Assembly (NCBI GenBank): GCA_905178155.1
Contig: CAJINV010000004.1
Span: 1,000,629 to 1,064,628 of the forward strand
Source of the DNA: Amoebophrya sp. A120
Lineage: Eukaryota > Protista > Dinoflagellata
Length of the DNA stretch: 64,000 nt
Direction: 5' to 3'
Under the pieces are notes generated by a model that had not been told where the DNA came from, did no database searches, and saw nothing but the letters and a program-made list of their open reading frames with translations. Positions 21,845 to 35,247 of this stretch are shown in pieces. Made by a program: the position numbers and the translations under genes. Position 1 is the stretch's first letter. The number at the start of each line of letters is the position of its first letter.

Positions 21845-24800
21845 TCAACAGCATGATCCGTTTCCTGCGTCTTCTTCTGTCGTGTTTGATGCGTTCGTCC
21901 CATTGCTGTGTCCCCCCACAACCACGGGCGTTCCATCTATGAGAGTGCACAACTGCCCCTCCCCTCCGCCTCATTCGATGAAGGGCATTGTTACAGAAGC
22001 GCTGCCGGAGGCGACGGCTCAGCTTCTGCATGACAAGTCTACAACGCAGCAGGATATCTGTAGTACTTTTATCTTGGCAGGGGCAGGTCCGGAACCTGTC
22101 ATGCAACACGAAGTGCGAGTGCCATTGGGCAAAGAAACAGTCGGGTTAGTATTCGTAAAAAAATCTTGCATGACAAATGAGGTGAAGCAGTGGAAGTTGT
22201 GCACAAGACCACCTCCCATACTGCACGCGGACTGATCTGCCGTCAGGGTGAACCCCGCGTCGCACATTTCACAAATGCACTTCCCCAGCGTTTCGCTGTA
22301 CTGCGGGACGCCATTGCGGCACAAACAGATCTGGTCACTGGTCGCCGCGTCCTTGAGCGGCGCCACTTTCGCGGCGAGCGGCAAGTCTGAAACGAAAAAT
22401 TTGTACTTGGCGGGTTCGTCCACATAGGTGGCCGCCGAAACGCAGCCGCAGTTCTTTTTGTAGTACTCGATCCCGGGCTCGTTGATTTTGCTGTCGCTTT
22501 GGAGCAGCTCGCGAAGCTTTTTCGCCGCGTTTTTCTTCTCAGGTTCGTCCGCGGAAGAACTGAAAGAAAACTCGTTATCTTGCAGGTAGCTCCCGATGCT
22601 GCCGATGCGGTGGGTCCGCTCAAAGAACGCACAAAAGTCCTTCTTCGCGTCCTTGGGACTGAAGTACAGATTCGCAATTCCCACCGCGTCCGGGTCGCGC
22701 GCGGCGGTCTGGGAGAGGCGGTAGTCGCAGAAAAATTTGCTCGTGTCCTCGGCTTTGGTCAGGTCCACGATAGTTTCCGGTAAGTCCGCGAACCGGTTCT
22801 TCACGCACCGCCCGGTCGCGCTGTAGTAGGTTGTGCTCCGCAGGGGCAGAAACTTTTTCTGCCGGATATCAATCTGCTTCTGAGTGGTTTCCACGTGGTC
22901 CGCACGACAGATCAGCTGGTAGTCCGGCGAAATACAATTTTCCACATCTTTGTACTGTGCGTCGTAGTCAAACACGAAGCCTGCCCCAATCAAACTGCGC
23001 GTGTCCCCGAGCCGGTAGTGAGCGGAAAAGGGAGCGTGTGTGTCACTGGGAACAGTGGTAGCGGTTTTTAGCGAGCAAGACAGCGGGATCTCCTTCCCCA
23101 AGGTTTCCTCCTGGCACATGAGGCCATCGGCCTTCTCGGCGATGGTCACATTTTTGCTGCTGTTCGTGGCCGCGGGATCATTTTTTGCTGCCCCCCCTTG
23201 CAGGAGGTCCGCGAACAGCTTACCGACCTTCTCGCACTCCTTGGCGGTGCTCGCGACCTTGGCTTCGTCGCGCTCAGACCAGTCGACCAAAGGGCCCACG
23301 GGGTCATACCACCAACCCGTCTCTTGACCCTGCCAGTCGCGCGGCAACGACCTGCCCCCGATTCGGCCCGAATCGCTGCAAGACTTCGCGCCGGGTTGGG
23401 TCAAAAAGTAGGACTGGGCCACCCGGCTCGTTTCCGCGTTCGCCGGGGAAGGAAAAAGGCGGGCCTGGTAGGCAGCGTGATCACCCAAATGCCCGGTCAC
23501 GCGGTCGTTCAGCGGCGTGGCAACGTAGTCCTCGGGCAAGAGGCCAAAGTTTTCGAGCACCTTTTTCTCGTTCGTGACGGCGGCCCGGAATTCAATCTGG
23601 TTCTCGGAAACGGAGAGTAGCGTTGTGGACACAAACAGTTCCTCCACTTCCGTAAAGTCGTACGTCGTGCAGGTTCCCGTGGGCTCGCGCTCGGAAGTCG
23701 CCGCGTCACTGTTAGGGGGGTTAGCCGGGAGCAGCTCCTCCCCCGCATCTCGGTCCAGCCGCCACTGCCACGCGGCGCAGTCCACGCTGTCGTCGCAGCT
23801 CTTCTCGCACGCACGCTCGCCCTCCCACCGTGCGACCGCGCGGCTGCTGCCAGCGGCGGTGGCCGCGGCGCCCGGGTAGACCAGCACCGGGGCGCCGGGG
23901 GGGATCGCAATAGATGTGCCCAACGCTGCTGGGGCCGGATCGCTCACCACCTCTACCGTGCCGTCGTCTTTCACTTTCTTCCTCGCTTGCAGATCGAAAA
24001 ACAGCGAAGCAGGGAGGGGCTCGAGGCAGGTGTGCTGCTCCTCAGCCGTCCCGTCGTCCGCCTTTGCCCGCTGCGCGCGCGGGGCCCGAACCTTGAGCGG
24101 TTGCTGGGAGCACTCGCACTGCACGTAACAGTTTGTGTGTTGCGCGTTGACATGTTCGTGAATGGCTGTGCGTATGTCTTTGTATGGACTGTACTTTTGT
24201 CCGGGGTCTCGACGTACCTCGAAGTTGTCGTGGCCCCGCGGGCCATAATCTTTCAACCAGCCGCCGCCCCCGGCGCCAGTTTTCGCGTCGCCGCAGTGGT
24301 TCAGACGGTTGTAGTACGGGCAGTTTTCCACGTAGTAGTGCGTTGTTTTGTCATCCTCAACTCGTGCGCGCGCCAGTTCGAGGTCAGCCGCGGTGGCGTT
24401 GAGGAGCATCGCGTAGCTCGACTCATCCAAAGCCGGACTGCTCGGCACCTCGGCGCCGTTCACCCCTTCCGTAGCACTTTTCTCCTTCCAGGCCTGAAAA
24501 TTGTCCTTTAACCGGCGGTAGTCACAGGGAACCGCGGACGCGGTTTCACCGTCATTCACGAAGCCTTCGTAGGGAATGTGAAACAGTTTCCTGGTCGCGT
24601 ACTCGTTCAGCCCATCGGTTTGGATTTTCTCCGTAATGTTGGCGTCGGGCAAGTCCGGAAATTCCTGGCGCAAACTCTGCTCCAACGCGTTCTGCCGCGC
24701 GTCGCGTTTCGCCGCGTGTTCCTCCAGGTCCGCAGTCGTCAGTCGGCGCCGAATCACGTCAAAGCTTTTAGCATTCCATTTTTCTTCTTCTACAAATGTC

Positions 24801-25783
24801 AAGTCCCGCGCTTCCTGCACGCAAAAGCCGCTCGCACCCTGTTTCGCATTCGCGGCCGAAATTTTCTCGAACTCGTTCTCGACATCAACGTCGTCTCCGT
24901 ACTGCTGCCACACGGGCACGGAGACCAGGAGGTGGGTTTTGTCTTCGATGTCTGCGTAAGCAAAGTGCCGGCAGTGCGCCACCTTGGCCGGGTCCTCGTT
25001 GGAGCCGCCAAGGAGGGACGTGGTGGCTTCACCGGTTGTCAGGAACTCCCACGCGGCACAGGTGTCTGTTTCTGCGCAAGAACTTTTGCACTTGCCCTCG
25101 CAGTCTTCAGCAGTGCAGGTCTCGGCGAAAGCGGCCGGATCGGCTGGTACCGTGTGGGGAATCAGGCCGTACGTGAAAAACCGCCAGTTTGCGATGGTCT
25201 CGAGGCACTGGCGCCCGAAAAGTCCTTCGTCTTTCAAAAGCTCGTAGTAAACCAGTGTAGTGGTCGAGGTTTCGGTCGTGCTGGTTGATGTTCGGCGTTG
25301 GTGCAGGTGCTCCTGCAATTGGAGTTCCGAAAGCGCCGGCGCGCCTCCACCCCCAGAGGCCGGAGCGGAAGCCGCGGTCGAAAGAGTTGCAGAGGGCAGG
25401 AACTTGGATGAATGTGCGACGTTGTCGTCTTTGTGTTGCTGGTGAGGTGGACGATGATCAACAAGAACAGTTTTTTTCATCTTCTTGTTCATCTTCCCGG
25501 TTTTTGTAGTAACAGGTGCTCCTGGGTTCTTCTTTTGTAAAGAAAGCGCACCCGCGTGACGCAGATTCGTAACGCTGACGGTGAGAAACACAGAAGAAGT
25601 TCTTGCACCAAACAGGAGACTTCTTTTCTTTTTGCCCGCCATAGAGGTTGAAAGTTCTCCTGCTGGTGACATCATCTTCGCGGTCTCGGCAACGTGAACA
25701 TCAACTTTGCTTGTTCCCGGCCTGTTGAATAACTGTGCCTGTTCTGCTCGTACTAGTTCCGGCGACGTGATACTGAACAACAT
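21845..25783 (-). CDS. Large cysteine-rich, probably secreted or surface protein with PAN/Apple-like modules
   Basis: CKSSCAETDTCAAWEF and CEKSCDDSVDCAAWQW (PAN/Apple-like); C-terminal CLC...CICEMCDAGF..C; last exon recovered after removing 21938-22208 (GGG|TPVVVG...GSCC*). Start codon uncertain (25783 or 25642). Confidence 0.7.
21938..22208. mobile_element. Introner-like TIR element, family E (degenerate)
   Basis: tatgagagtgcacaact ... agttgtgcac; flanks ccatc/ccacc. Confidence 0.75.
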
Positions 25784-27480
25784 TTTGACGAATAATTTTA
25801 TCTTCCCGTCTATTGTTCTAAATTGTTGGACTTCTACTACGACCACTTCCGATTCAAATTCTATCCTAGGAGGAGACCACAGGAGCGAGGTCAGGAGACA
25901 CAAATTTCAAAATTTTGGGATGTGAGAATTATCTTCTGATTCTAGAGCTACAACTGAGTGGTGCGCCAGGGTTGTGGCTGTGGGTACACGTAGTTCTACG
26001 TAGTAAACCTGAAGTTGATCGTATTTAATACTTTTTACGACCAAAAAAATCACGAAGCTGTTCCGTCGCAAAAATTCTTCAGCATCAGCCACCATGGACC
26101 AAGAAGACAAATTCAGCAAAATTTCGGTACATAGAAGTCGCAAGATAAGGGAATAAAGAAACAGAATTCCTTCGCACACGAAATGAGTCAAGAAATGGAC
26201 GAAGGGAACGGGACGACAACAGAATGATTTCGACGATAATACGGTCAACAAGAACGAAAACGGTGCAATGATTTCAGAAGTTGGATTTCCTTCCGAATTC
26301 TTGAATGCAAGCAAACACGAGGACTACAGCGCGACATGCTAGAAGAACGATCTCTTTATTGTAGTTACGATGAAGAAGAAGAAGATGTTGATTGTGTAGT
26401 TCGTTGCAAGAGCAGTGCTTGTGTTACAATAAGGACGGTGGATCGATCAACACAAAGTACTACTTTTGTTTTTCTATCGTCCTACGAAAAGTACTACACT
26501 GGTTGATGTCCTAGCGCTAAGGCTCCTTCGGCTTTTGTTCTTCCCGGGGGTCGTCTTCCCCAGGAGAAGGAGGAGCGAAGACGAAGCATTTCGCTGTACG
26601 CGGGCGAGCGCGACCGCGAGGCTTTCAAATTACATGTTTTTGTCCATCATGTGTATGTTTCGTCATTTTAATTTGGAATTCTTTGTACATTTTTTCTTCT
26701 TTATCAATCATCCCCAAAATATTGTTGAATTTAGTAGTCCTAATTTTCATGTAGTTGAACCATTCGTGCGACAGTGGAGTCGACCTGTTCATCATCAGCC
26801 GTCGAAATTGGCTGAGTTCTTGACGAGAACCTGCATTTGCAACTGCATACTGAGGAAGAGAAACATCATGTGTAGTTCTTTGCGTGGAACTGGATAAAAT
26901 GATGTACTTTACATATGGTATCTGTTTTTCTTGGAAAGGAGTCTAGCCGTCGACCATCAGCTTTGCTGATACAACTAGTACGCCCAGCACATCATTGTCA
27001 TTCATCGTCAACCGCAAAAAACAGCTGACTTGTAGGGGGCATGCTAATCGGCAAAATCTGGATAATTGTGCATCTTCTTGCTGCAGTTTCTCTTTTTCTT
27101 TTATGCTACAAAAATGGTGGAAAAAAAATGTTCATTGCTGCACGAGCTAAGTGAAAAATAACAAAGACATGAACTATCGACTCGGACTCCCAGTCTGTAC
27201 CGGCTCCTTTCGTGTTAGTCATTTTACTGACTCCTGATCTGTGCCGTTGCCGCGGTGTGTGACCACGTCCTCCTGGTCCTGCTCATACCGAAGGCAAATT
27301 TAACATCCGCCCTTCATCATGTGATGTAGTTCTTGTGCTATTTGCTATCGTCTCGGAAACAAAAAATTATGACAGACCGCAACGGAAACTATTTTTTCTT
27401 TTACAACAAAGACAAACCACGTGCAGCTGAATATCTGTTATTAATTGAGACGCACGACTTTACTTGTTCACCTCCGGCCT

Positions 27481-30400
27481 CTAAAACTGGTGCTTGTTTG
27501 TCGCGCCGATCCAATCATTGCTGGCTTCCCAGCTCATACTTGCCCGGGTCAAGCTGGTTCCCCGAGGTCGCGGCTGCGGCTGTGACAGCTGCTCCTGTGG
27601 GGGCCGCGCGGCGGCGGCGCCACGAGAAGAAGTCTTGCTCCGAGAGAAGGTAGAGGAGAACTGGGACACAAAACTTGTGAGGATGTTGCTGGAACCAGCG
27701 GGTTTTTTTACACCATGAAGATTACTCGGAGAGTGCGCCGTCGCTGACGGCACCGTCCGGCTGTCGTTCGTAATGTGTAGTTCTCGCGACGCTGCCGGGT
27801 AATCATGCTGGCTTTGCTGAAGAATGTTGTGTGGATGCAGCTCGTTTGTCTCTGTTGAAATGCGAAGAAGATGATCAACACCTTGGTGCAAACAGTTGTT
27901 CGGAACAACTTCGTCTTTTCTTGCGTCTACTTCTCCAAGCGGCTTTGCAATCAAATCATTCTTGCCACGAGCAGGTGCTGGATGAATTGTTACTTGCTGC
28001 GAGGACTCCTGATGTGCAAGATTCTGATCTTTTGGATTCTGATTCTGCTCAGAAGTCGAGGGCAGCTGCTGCCCGCATGTTGCTGCTGGTGTTGTAGCAG
28101 CTTCTGTCGCCCTGCTCTGGGCTTCATGTCCTGCTCGGGGAGATCTTCTACTCGCTAGTACTTCACCAGAAGCAGCTTCACCACCTGCTACCACGCCCGA
28201 GGACACGCCCGTGTGTACAACTAGTTCCTGACTTCGCGTTATTTTCCGGGGCGCTGACTTCGAAACCCGACGCTCCCGCCTCATGAATTCGCCAGTTGTG
28301 TTTTTTAGCAAGTTGTTTGTCGGGTCGTGGGGCGGAGTGACTGGAAGGAGTTGCTTCAAATTTTCCTCGCTCATCCGCGCATAGTGCTGACCCTGCTCTC
28401 GACGTCCTTGCTGGTTTTGGCCGACGTTGTTGCGGCTGTCCCGGTTTGATGTCTCAGCCCCTCCGAAAACTTCGATCGCTTCCTGCAGTTGCAAGGCGAA
28501 GTCGTTGGAGGGTCCGCCGGCGCCACCGAACAAATTGGAAGTCCTCATCCGCCCGTGGTGGTCCATCTCGCCTACCGTACAGCTGGACGAGCTGCTGCCG
28601 TTGAAAATATTGTTCGTCGCGTTGTTCCCCCGACTTGCAGAGGTCGTGGTCGTTGAGAATCGGTTGTAGAAGGAGGAAGTCGGTAAAAAAATGCCGCTTT
28701 TCTTTCTCCCATACATGCCCGTCATGTCCTCCATCGCGTACTGCTCTCGCACGTATTTCAAAGCCTTCTTCACGAAGAAAAAGTGGAAAAACAGCGTGTA
28801 GAGCCCGTACAGCGCAAACGCCATGGTCACTTCGTGCTGGTAGGAAAGCTGGAAGTAAATGCGGATGCAGGTCAGCACAATGGTCGCCATGCAGCAGGTC
28901 AGGGAGGCCATGGTGTACACGTCTAACATCGTCATGTAGGCAACCTTGTTAAGAATTTGAATTATTTTTAGACACGTGGACGTGTCGTGTACGTGCTTAT
29001 ACTTATTTCTATTTCTCGCTGGATATAATCACAACTTCTACTCAACATCATTAGCTATATATCGGAACCGGAAGGCAACATAGGCATCTTCACTCGTGCA
29101 CAACTTGGTGAGTCAACGCAATGAATCTTCAAACCTCGAAAATAAGACCACGACAAATGATTTCTATATTTTGTAGTACAACGGGCATTTAATACTAGAA
29201 TCAGAGCAGATGATCATCTCAATAGTGATTGTTAAGTACCTTCGGTAAGCTTCCGCTCATGTAGCTCTTGAAGCTGACGATGGTGAGGAGCGCGAGAAGA
29301 GCGATTTCGATCGAGTCGTAGGGGTTTCGGGCTGGCCCATCCTCCTCGAAATATCCTGTGCAAAAGTATCGCACTCGTACAAAAACAAATGCAAGTCTTG
29401 CATTACAAATCTTGTTTCCAAGGCAAATCTGCAATACGAATTTGATTTCTCATGCTGAGGAAATTATTTGTAATGCATTTATACGAGTACGATACTTTTG
29501 CAATACATACGAAACCCTCCCAGACAAAACCGGAAAACGCCAGCGTCGTCACCAGGAAGAGAATGGCAAAGAAGTTCCAAATGTACCTGCAGTTCGTTTT
29601 GAGAGTTAGATGATGATACTTGTTCGTCATAATTGTCTTGAAGAGTAACTTGTTCGTCATAATTGCAAAACCAAAAGAACCGGCTGAAAGACTGCAACTG
29701 CATATACAACATTTTTAAGTAAATAAAAACTCTACCACATCCACAGCCTTCGCACTTCGACGTGTACCAAAATCCGGTCGCCGTAGACGGGGTGGCATTC
29801 CCGGTGCACCCGAAAGGAGCCGGGTATCAGCGCCCAGTCGGGGTCCTTCCAACTGATCTCGAGCGCCGATACCGCCCGCGCCATGTGGTCGCGCTCCACG
29901 ATGATGTCCCAATTCAAACCGGTCTGGGGCAGGTTGAACAGAACCAGGCGCAACTCCTGCCGGTCGAACGGAAAGGCCTGCAAGTCGAACTGCGTCCGAC
30001 ACTTGGAGGTGAGCATCTGCGTCCGGGCGATCGTCGCAGAACTGCTTGTCGTGGAGACAGGCCCGCGGGTCCTGGTAGAAGCTCTTGAGCCGCTGTGTTC
30101 TTGGTAGCAGTTGTAATCCTTAGAAAAGTTCTTGCAGTTCATTCTGGAACTAGTACTGTCCCCCTGCTGCTGTGCTCTTTCGTGCGCATCACGATCTTCA
30201 GCTTTATTAAGAACCACATTCCTTTCGCGCGCTATGTTTCCCCGTGCTGCTTGATCATCAGCTGCACGGGTTTGTGGTTGATGTTCTCCTTGCCCCTCCG
30301 GCGTCGCAAGATGTTGTTGCTCAGGTTGCGAACAAGAAGAAACTTCTACCGGTGCTGGAACAACTTCTACACCAGCAGCTTCTCTTTCGAGCATTTCGGC

Positions 30401-33400
30401 CGTCCAGGAGGTCCAAAAAATGCGGAGGTCGATGCTGTATGGATTGCAAAAGTGTCTGGGTCTGGAAGGCGGCAACTTGTCATGGTAAATCTGAAGCATG
30501 CAAAAATCTGTGTTGCATGAGTGCCAAAAGCTGTCCACTTTTGACCAAGTTGGACGGGAGTTTCTCATGCAGCATAGGCATGGCAGAGACCTCGCAGAGT
30601 CTGTCATGCTAAGTCCCGCATTCCAGACCTCATGGGTCATGGAAAATCTGCATGACAAGTTTAAACTTTTCCAGACCCAGACATTTTTGCACTTGATATG
30701 CTGTTTTTGTGCACGAATTTCGGCAAGGGGAACAGTAGCTTTTCTTCCTCCACGTACTGATCTTTCATCACGACACCGCTGCTGCAGTTTTTATTCGTCG
30801 CGGAAGATGAGGAGCCACCCTGGTTCGACCACCCGTTGATATTTGTATTTTCGTTTTTGAAATTTTCCTCGCTATTGCTGTTTTCATTCATCCGATTCAG
30901 CCGGTCGTTCGAGTTGGAGTTCGAATTACTGTTATTCGTCGTTGTTCTTTCCCCCGCCGTGTTGGTGTTCGTCCCTCTCTGCTCGTTGTAAAACCTGTTG
31001 TTGCCTCCCTGATTATTTTCGCCGTGGAGCTGCTGTCCAGCAGGAGCACCACTCCCATTACTATTCTTGAAAATACGTCTGCGCCGGAACTCGTTGTATC
31101 TGGTTGTCCTTTCCTCGTGCTCATCGTCTCCCTCCACCGTCTATGCAGTGCAAATATGTCTGGGTCTGGAAACCTGTGATGCAGATTTCCTGCTAATTGC
31201 AACGCTTGCCATGAATGACAAGTTTTTGAAACGCTTTCTGATGTCTATCACGCATCACAAAGTGCGTTTTCGCATGACAAAGGAAGCGGCTCTTCTGCTG
31301 CTCGCGCAACACAGATTTTCTAGGAATGCAAGACACGCATTACAAATTCCACTTTTCCAGACCCAGACATATTTGCAGTTGATACCGTCGGCACGTCTTG
31401 CTCATTCGCCGCGCGACTCGACGGCTGAGAGGTGGTCCGCGGATCTTGGTGATTGTGATTGTTTTCCTCTTCTACTTGCCAGTTTTGCTCTTCTCGAAGA
31501 TGATCCTGGTGCTGTTGTGATGTGAGCTGGCTGCCACTTGTAAAATTTCTGCTTGTTGCTGCTCCTGCAGCCAAACTGGTGTTCGTAGGGTAGAAGTTCT
31601 TGTGGTCATAATTTGATGCAGCTTGTCCGCCCCTCTCAGTGGCCGCTCTACCCCCTCCAGCTCGGGAATTATTCGAGTTACTGAATGGGTCGGACGGACT
31701 GCTCCCGTGCAGGGCCTGCTCCGTGCTGGAGCGGGTGCGGTTCAGCTGCATAATTGCGCGCGTGAAGAAGTTGGACCCTTGCATAAAATTCTTTTCGTTG
31801 CAGCTTTCGTTGCTGTCGTTTTGGTTTTGTTCACTATTATTGTTCATCTTGCCGCTTGTATTTTCCTGGTGCGGAAGATTTCCCCGCTCCTCCGAATGCT
31901 GGTTTTTTGTGTGGCCTTCTTCGTTATGGTTGATGTCTTCACCAATCTGAACTACGCGGTTACTAGAGCTACAGCTTGTTTGATGTCGATCACCCCGATT
32001 CTTGCTGACCACCACGACGACCGGTGTGCTGCTTATGGCGTTCTCAAACGTTTACATTCTCAACTGTTACATGATTTGTCATGCAGAATTGCCTTCAGAA
32101 TCGACACCATCAAGCTGCTTCGCATGACAAATTTGCAGAGGACCAAGCAGGCTAATAATCGGTGCCAAATCTGTCATGCAAGACGGGCAAGATCCCACCT
32201 ATCACTTTTGCCATTCTTGCATCACAAAGTCACGCAACAGTTGAGAATATAACAGTTGAGAACGCCATACTGGTCGTGTTCCCCGTTTGATGGTCATGGT
32301 CTTCACCATGGTCAACATTTCCTCCCCCACTAGGCGTGGAAGTAGTCGCCCGGTGGTGATCCGGACTGGTACTTGAGGGCTGCGAATCCAGCTGGACGTC
32401 CGGCCTGTCGTAAATGCTCGAAGACCGCGAGTTGTGGCCATCTTGGCTACTGGAAGCAAGGCTGCTTGTCTGCGCACGTGGTACACCACCCCGCGTTTCC
32501 ACCGAAAGTCCGCGGTTCCGCTGCGCCACTGAAGCGGAGGACGCTGTGCCGTGGTATTTGATGATGGCTTAGGGAATTTTTTGAAATTCAGCTTTACAAG
32601 CATGTGAAAACCGGATTTTCATACTTGTTCTACAGGTAGTTCTAGCACACTATGCGTCCTGCTCCATCGGAGTTGTCCTTCTTGCAAAGTCAGAATCAAA
32701 TCGAACAATGAATCGTATAAAAAACTTATACCGTTTGTCTTCACCGAAAAGCGCTCGATTTCCCGGGTACTTGCGGAAATGGCACCAGCGTCCGCCTCCT
32801 CCGACGCCCCGTGCTGCTCGTCCAGGAGCGCCGGGGTCCTGGTTTTATTTGCGGCAGCATTTTTGCTGCTCTGCAGCTGCACGAGCTGCTCCCCGCTACT
32901 GGACGTTTGGTCCTCACGCGAAGAGTTGTAATTCTTCAAGTTGGTCGGATTCCCGCCCGTAGTTCGTCCTCCGGTGCTGTTGTCATGTTTCCCACTGGTC
33001 GTAGTTGCAGGATTACTGCCGCTCTTTGATGCACCAGCTGTAGTTTCGGCTCCTGCGCCACTTGTAGAGTTGTCAGCTGCACTTGATGCAGACGTCGAGA
33101 ACTTTCCCTTCGTCTTCAACTGCCATTCTGCCAGCGGAATCTCCGCTTCTAAGTCAATACGGTATGTGCAGGTGAAGGTTTCTTCACACGGGTCGATGTT
33201 ATAAAAGGTGAAAGGCGTCACACTCACCCAGCACTTCCGCTTCTGGTTCGCGTCGGCGTTGCTGCAACTGCTGAACTATCCTGTGCAAAAGTATCGCACT
33301 CGTATTGCAATCATGCATTACGAATTTTTTTCCTAAGGTAAATCTGCATTACAAATTTTATTTCTCACGCTGAGGAAATTTGTCATGCATTTATACGAGT

Positions 33401-35247
33401 TCGAGTACGATACTTTTGCAGTTCATATAAACACCTGGTTGCCGATCACTTGGCGCCGGATATAGCTGCTGCTTGCGGATTTTTTTGTTGATGTTCCACC
33501 GCTTGACCTAACTACTTCGCCCTGGTCGTGTGCCTGTCGTGAACACGTCCCAGGTGCGGAAGTATTTTTGCCCGTATTAACCAAGTGCATCATCTTCTTT
33601 TTTGCAGTTCTTGCATCTTCCGAGTTCTTATCCGGTGCTCCTGGGGAGCCTTCGTTGTAATCGTCTTGTAGCAATAAAGTCGTTGCAGCAGCTCTGTTCA
33701 TCATGTCGTCAGTTGTGGGAGGCGAGTCCGGAGGATTGTTTTGCAAGCTCAATGTGTGCTGGTCCCTGTTCAGCATAGTACCAGCGGTCATGTGATTTTT
33801 ACTATCGTAGTTATCGCCTTTTTTCCTAGTATAGTCCTGCTTTTTTATCGTCCCTTCATCTGCGTCTTCACAGTTTCGCGGCGCCAGGAACAAATGCTGC
33901 ATCTTCCTGGGAACAAGTGTAGTTAATCCGAGCGGTACCAGTCGACCCACTGCTGAACTTGCAGGGCCAGGGCCCCCGCTATCTGCAGCAGCGAGTGCAG
34001 CTCGCGGTGGTGAGGAAAGCTGCGCCAGCGGTCCACCCGTACTAGTAGCGAAGATGACTCCACTAGTACAAGAACCAGCTGCTCCGCTTTGGTCCGCTTG
34101 TAGTTCCTTTGGTGGAGGACCACTTGTACTAGGAACGACTTGTTCAAGATTGTGTTCGAAGGGCACCACGGCCTGCTTGCTCGGAGGCGCACCTCCAGCA
34201 GAGGAGAAGCGCGTGGAAGTAGAAGCTCGTGGTCTGGTCCTTGTGCAGCCCACACTTCTTCCAGCTCCGACGAGAATCCCCCGACCACTCCTGCCGCCTG
34301 AAGGAGCCGAGTTCTTGCTCGTGGTAGCTTCTGTTGCAGCACCCCCGCTAACGGTAGCCTTGTTGCTGGAAAAGTTCCGGCTGGTGGTGATCGATAAGCT
34401 GCGGCCAGAAGAAATCAGACTCTGCGTATTCATATGCATCGCAAATATGTCTGGGTCTGGATGAATTCGAATGTGTGATGCGAAGTGTACATCATGACAA
34501 AATCTGTCATGCCTGGCTAGCAAAAGGCCCCAGCTGCTGGTTCTTGTTACCGAACAAAGAGGGGATTTGTCACGCGGATTAGAAGGCATTAGGGTACCTT
34601 CTCAAAATCTGTGATGCTAGCGCTTGCATGCCAGACGATCTGGGTCAGGCAAAAACTGCATGACAGATCTCGCATTCTTCCAGAAGACCCAGCCCTATTC
34701 ACACTTGATAGTTCACCGTGACCTCCCGCGACGTTTCGTGGTCGATTATATTAGAGCCATTTCTTGGAGTTCCTGAAGCTGCAGCTGCACCTCCTCCCGC
34801 AGTATTAAAGATGGAGGTTGGGGCGGGTACGGAGAGTAAATTTTGTTGGTAGAAGCTGGCCCTTGCGGCATCATCATGATCATACGTAGTAGCCGTATAA
34901 TTTTTAAAGTGATTTGTTAACGCCCCTTGATGTACTAGCTGGTGAGTAAGGGTATAATCCGAGTTGTTAGTATGCTCAGACGTAGCCGCGGAGGAGGTTG
35001 TAGTTGCAGAGTTGATATGCGGTTGTAAAAAGACCTGGTGGTCTTGTATGTCAAACTCCGCTCCCCTTGAATGAGGGCGGGACACACTCCGCGAGTGCTC
35101 CTGGTGCGAAATATTTCGTATCGTTGAATACGACGGCACCGATGGGATCACGGGCGGCGGCTGCAAAGCAGGCTTATGCAGTCCCGGGGCCCCGCTGGCC
35201 GTGGCCGCTTTATCGGCTTCTAGATTGGAGTTGGAGAAAGGCTGCAT
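27481..35247 (-). CDS. Pentameric ligand-gated ion channel (Cys-loop superfamily, Pro-loop/Cys-less type) with long low-complexity insertions
   Basis: NIDPCEETFTCTYRIDLE, FDLQAFPFDRQEL, VEVRRLWMWYIWN-TM1, LLALLTIVSFK...LPKVAYMTMLDVY-TM3. Contains 6 TIR elements, GT-AG introns 28945-29239 and 29587-29735, and one short unresolved intron ~32569-32622. Confidence 0.88.
29352..29509. mobile_element. Introner-like TIR element, family C
   Basis: Direct repeat cgaaa; removal gives WEGF|EEDG. Confidence 0.92.
30438..30698. mobile_element. Introner-like TIR element, family A (A2)
   Basis: Direct repeat tgctg; removal gives HKNS|IDLRIF. Confidence 0.93.
31142..31384. mobile_element. Introner-like TIR element, family A
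   Basis: Direct repeat ccgtc; removal gives VPT|VEGDD. Confidence 0.92.
32034..32269. mobile_element. Introner-like TIR element, family B
   Basis: tatggcgttctcaa ... ttgagaacgccata; flanks ctgct/ctggt. Confidence 0.92.
33277..33427. mobile_element. Introner-like TIR element, family C
   Basis: Flanks tgaac/taaac; removal gives NQVF|SSCSN. Confidence 0.9.
34433..34710. mobile_element. Introner-like TIR element, family A (degenerate right TIR)
   Basis: Flanks attca/gttca; removal gives VTVN|TQSL. Confidence 0.85.
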
